Both the position numbers and the translations under genes were made by a program. The notes beneath the pieces are model-generated. The model searched no databases. It was not told the origin of the DNA and saw nothing but the letters and a program-made list of their open reading frames with translations. Positions 56,013 to 57,089 of a DNA stretch of 57,089 nucleotides are shown here, in pieces. Origin of the DNA: an uncultured bacterium. Its GTDB lineage: Bacteria > Patescibacteriota > Minisyncoccia > Phycocordibacterales > CAIRYW01. The stretch lies in the NCBI GenBank assembly GCA_903882905.1, contig CAIRYW010000004.1:115117-172205 (forward strand). Reading direction: 5' to 3'. Every line of letters starts with the position of its first letter. Positions within the stretch are counted from its first letter, which is position 1.

Positions 56013-56345
56013 TTAATTATTTATTTCTGTTGTAGTACTTATCGTTGTGGTTGCTGATATATCTCCAGTCGTTGTGCTTATTTCGCTTTGAGTTGAGCTT
56101 CCAACAAATTTTTCAGGAATCGTTTTAAATTGATTAACAAAATTATCTGCGAATTTTCCAATATTGTCCTCGAATACGTTAAAAAGCGCAACTCTATTTT
56201 CTGACGTCTTATCAAGTTCCTTTTTTGCATCGCCTATAAAATAAAAAATCCAACCTATGAAAATTAAAAATGTAATCAACCCTGCAAAAATCAACGCCAA
56301 CTTTTTCTTTTCTTCGTCTGGTGTTTTTTCAGGTTTTGTTTGCAT
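56013..56345 (-). CDS. Small membrane-anchored hypothetical protein
   Basis: 110 aa. Basic N-terminus, one TM ([22 protein letters not shown]), S/T-rich tail. Confidence 0.55.
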   Translation of the reverse strand: MQTKPEKTPDEEKKKLALIFAGLITFLIFIGWIFYFIGDAKKELDKTSENRVALFNVFEDNIGKFADNFVNQFKTIPEKFVGSSTQSEISTTTGDISATTTISTTTEINN

Positions 56346-56381
56346 TTTACTATCAACTGTAAACTGTTGCCTGTAAACTAT

Positions 56382-56990
56382 TTAAATGAACGCTACTGCA
56401 TTTGACTTTCCTTCTAAATCTTTTCTTTTCAATGTCAGTTTGTCTGTTTCTTCTGCTTTTGCTCCGACCTCTTTTGCAAATTTTTTTTGATCTTCAACAC
56501 TTCCAATTGGAATGATTAATTTTGCCTCCAGAAAAACAGCAAGTTTAGCCGCTTGAGCTGGAGTCAACATATTTTCGCCTAACTGAATCATTAAAATATC
56601 AATATCGTCAACAGCTTCAAGTGCTTCTTCAGATAATTTTTCTTCGGAAAGCGCACCGAGGTGAACTATTTTCATTCCGTCCATCGAAAGTACATATATA
56701 GTATTTATTTTTTCTTTCTTACTTTCGTAATCACTTCTCGAACCAAAGCCCTTTATGAAAACACCCTTAACTTCGTATTCACCTGGACCAGAAATAACGA
56801 ATGGCTTTTTGTCTCCAAAAGCTAACATATCAACTCCGTCATAATCCTTGTGATTCAAGGAAACAAGAGCAATATTTGCCCCGAACTTTCCTCCTTTCAA
56901 TTTTGAGTCTTTTGAGGGCGGATTAATACCTGCGATTGTGTCACCTGCCTGAAGTTTTATTTCCAAATCTCCCTGTCTTGTAATTATCAT
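56382..56990 (-). CDS. MBL-fold (Lactamase_B_3-like) protein with degenerate metal motif
   Basis: 202 aa. Layout MIITRQGD...ALVSLNHKDYDG...HLGAL...TPAQAAKLAVFLEAKLIIPIG parallels the UPF0173/MBL fold, but HxHxDH is not intact. Confidence 0.45.
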   Translation of the reverse strand: MIITRQGDLEIKLQAGDTIAGINPPSKDSKLKGGKFGANIALVSLNHKDYDGVDMLAFGDKKPFVISGPGEYEVKGVFIKGFGSRSDYESKKEKINTIYVLSMDGMKIVHLGALSEEKLSEEALEAVDDIDILMIQLGENMLTPAQAAKLAVFLEAKLIIPIGSVEDQKKFAKEVGAKAEETDKLTLKRKDLEGKSNAVAFI

Positions 56991-57050
56991 TTTGACATTA
57001 TATCACAAGGTTTTTTATTTTTTAAATAATTTTAAACTTTCTATTTTTAT

Positions 57051-57088
57051 AGGACCGACCTATGGCACTTTATCCACACTGTGGATAA
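57051..57088. promoter_or_regulatory. Two perfect, convergent DnaA boxes plus the ggaccgacctat palindrome; possible edge of oriC/dnaA control region
   Basis: ttatccaca (57070-57078) and tgtggataa (57080-57088) are separated by 1 nt. They are preceded by aggaccgacctat with the same 6-nt spacing as in the 34-nt repeat, and by a long A/T-only tract (about 57008-57050). Confidence 0.5.
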
Positions 57089-57089
57089 A

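Overview
AT-rich (about one-third GC by eye, not computed), tightly packed bacterial chromosome segment. Gene content and style suggest a Patescibacteria/CPR-type genome (inference): short housekeeping genes, FemX/Mur/Dac wall genes, membrane-anchored oddities, and a tandem array of VirB2/TrbC-like mini-proteins.

Layout:
- 1-12.3 kb: purine/guanine nucleotide block on the minus strand (purQ', a PurS-PurS-PurL fusion, purN, guaA, purA, guaB, a 611-aa orphan, prs).
- 12.46-15.2 kb: tRNA-Gln followed by a visibly GC-rich foreign island carrying a fused LeuC-LeuD-like dehydratase.
- 15.3-44.4 kb: housekeeping genes (dnaX, dus, dac, a membrane Clp-like ATPase, ftsQ-like, serS, dprA, topA, parB, miaA, rpmG, clpB, cysteine desulfurase, infB, rbfA, dac, a Mur ligase, femX) interspersed with tRNAs.
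- 44.5-48.4 kb: accessory, cassette-like region anchored on tRNA-Lys and tRNA-Leu(TAG).
- 48.4-51.5 kb: seven tandem pilin-like two-TM proteins, then an orphan solute-binding protein, a methyltransferase and gyrA.
- Window end: paired perfect DnaA boxes next to an AT-rich tract.

I found eight tRNAs and no rRNA, CRISPR array, transposase or integrase.

The most unusual signal is a family of at least 8 structured elements attached to tRNA 3' ends, or to decayed tRNA-Leu 3' remnants. Each has a hairpin that begins inside the tRNA 3' end. It is followed by a multi-helix domain whose outer helix is built from the reverse complement of, plus a decayed copy of, that particular tRNA's T-arm. The internal helices show compensatory substitutions between copies. 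I cannot assign the family to any RNA or mobile-element class I know.

Secondary observations:
- GC-rich palindromic repeats sit in frame inside purN and dprA.
- A 34-nt DnaA-box-containing direct repeat brackets a G1-type peptidase gene.
- An unclassified structured intergenic region lies upstream of dnaX.
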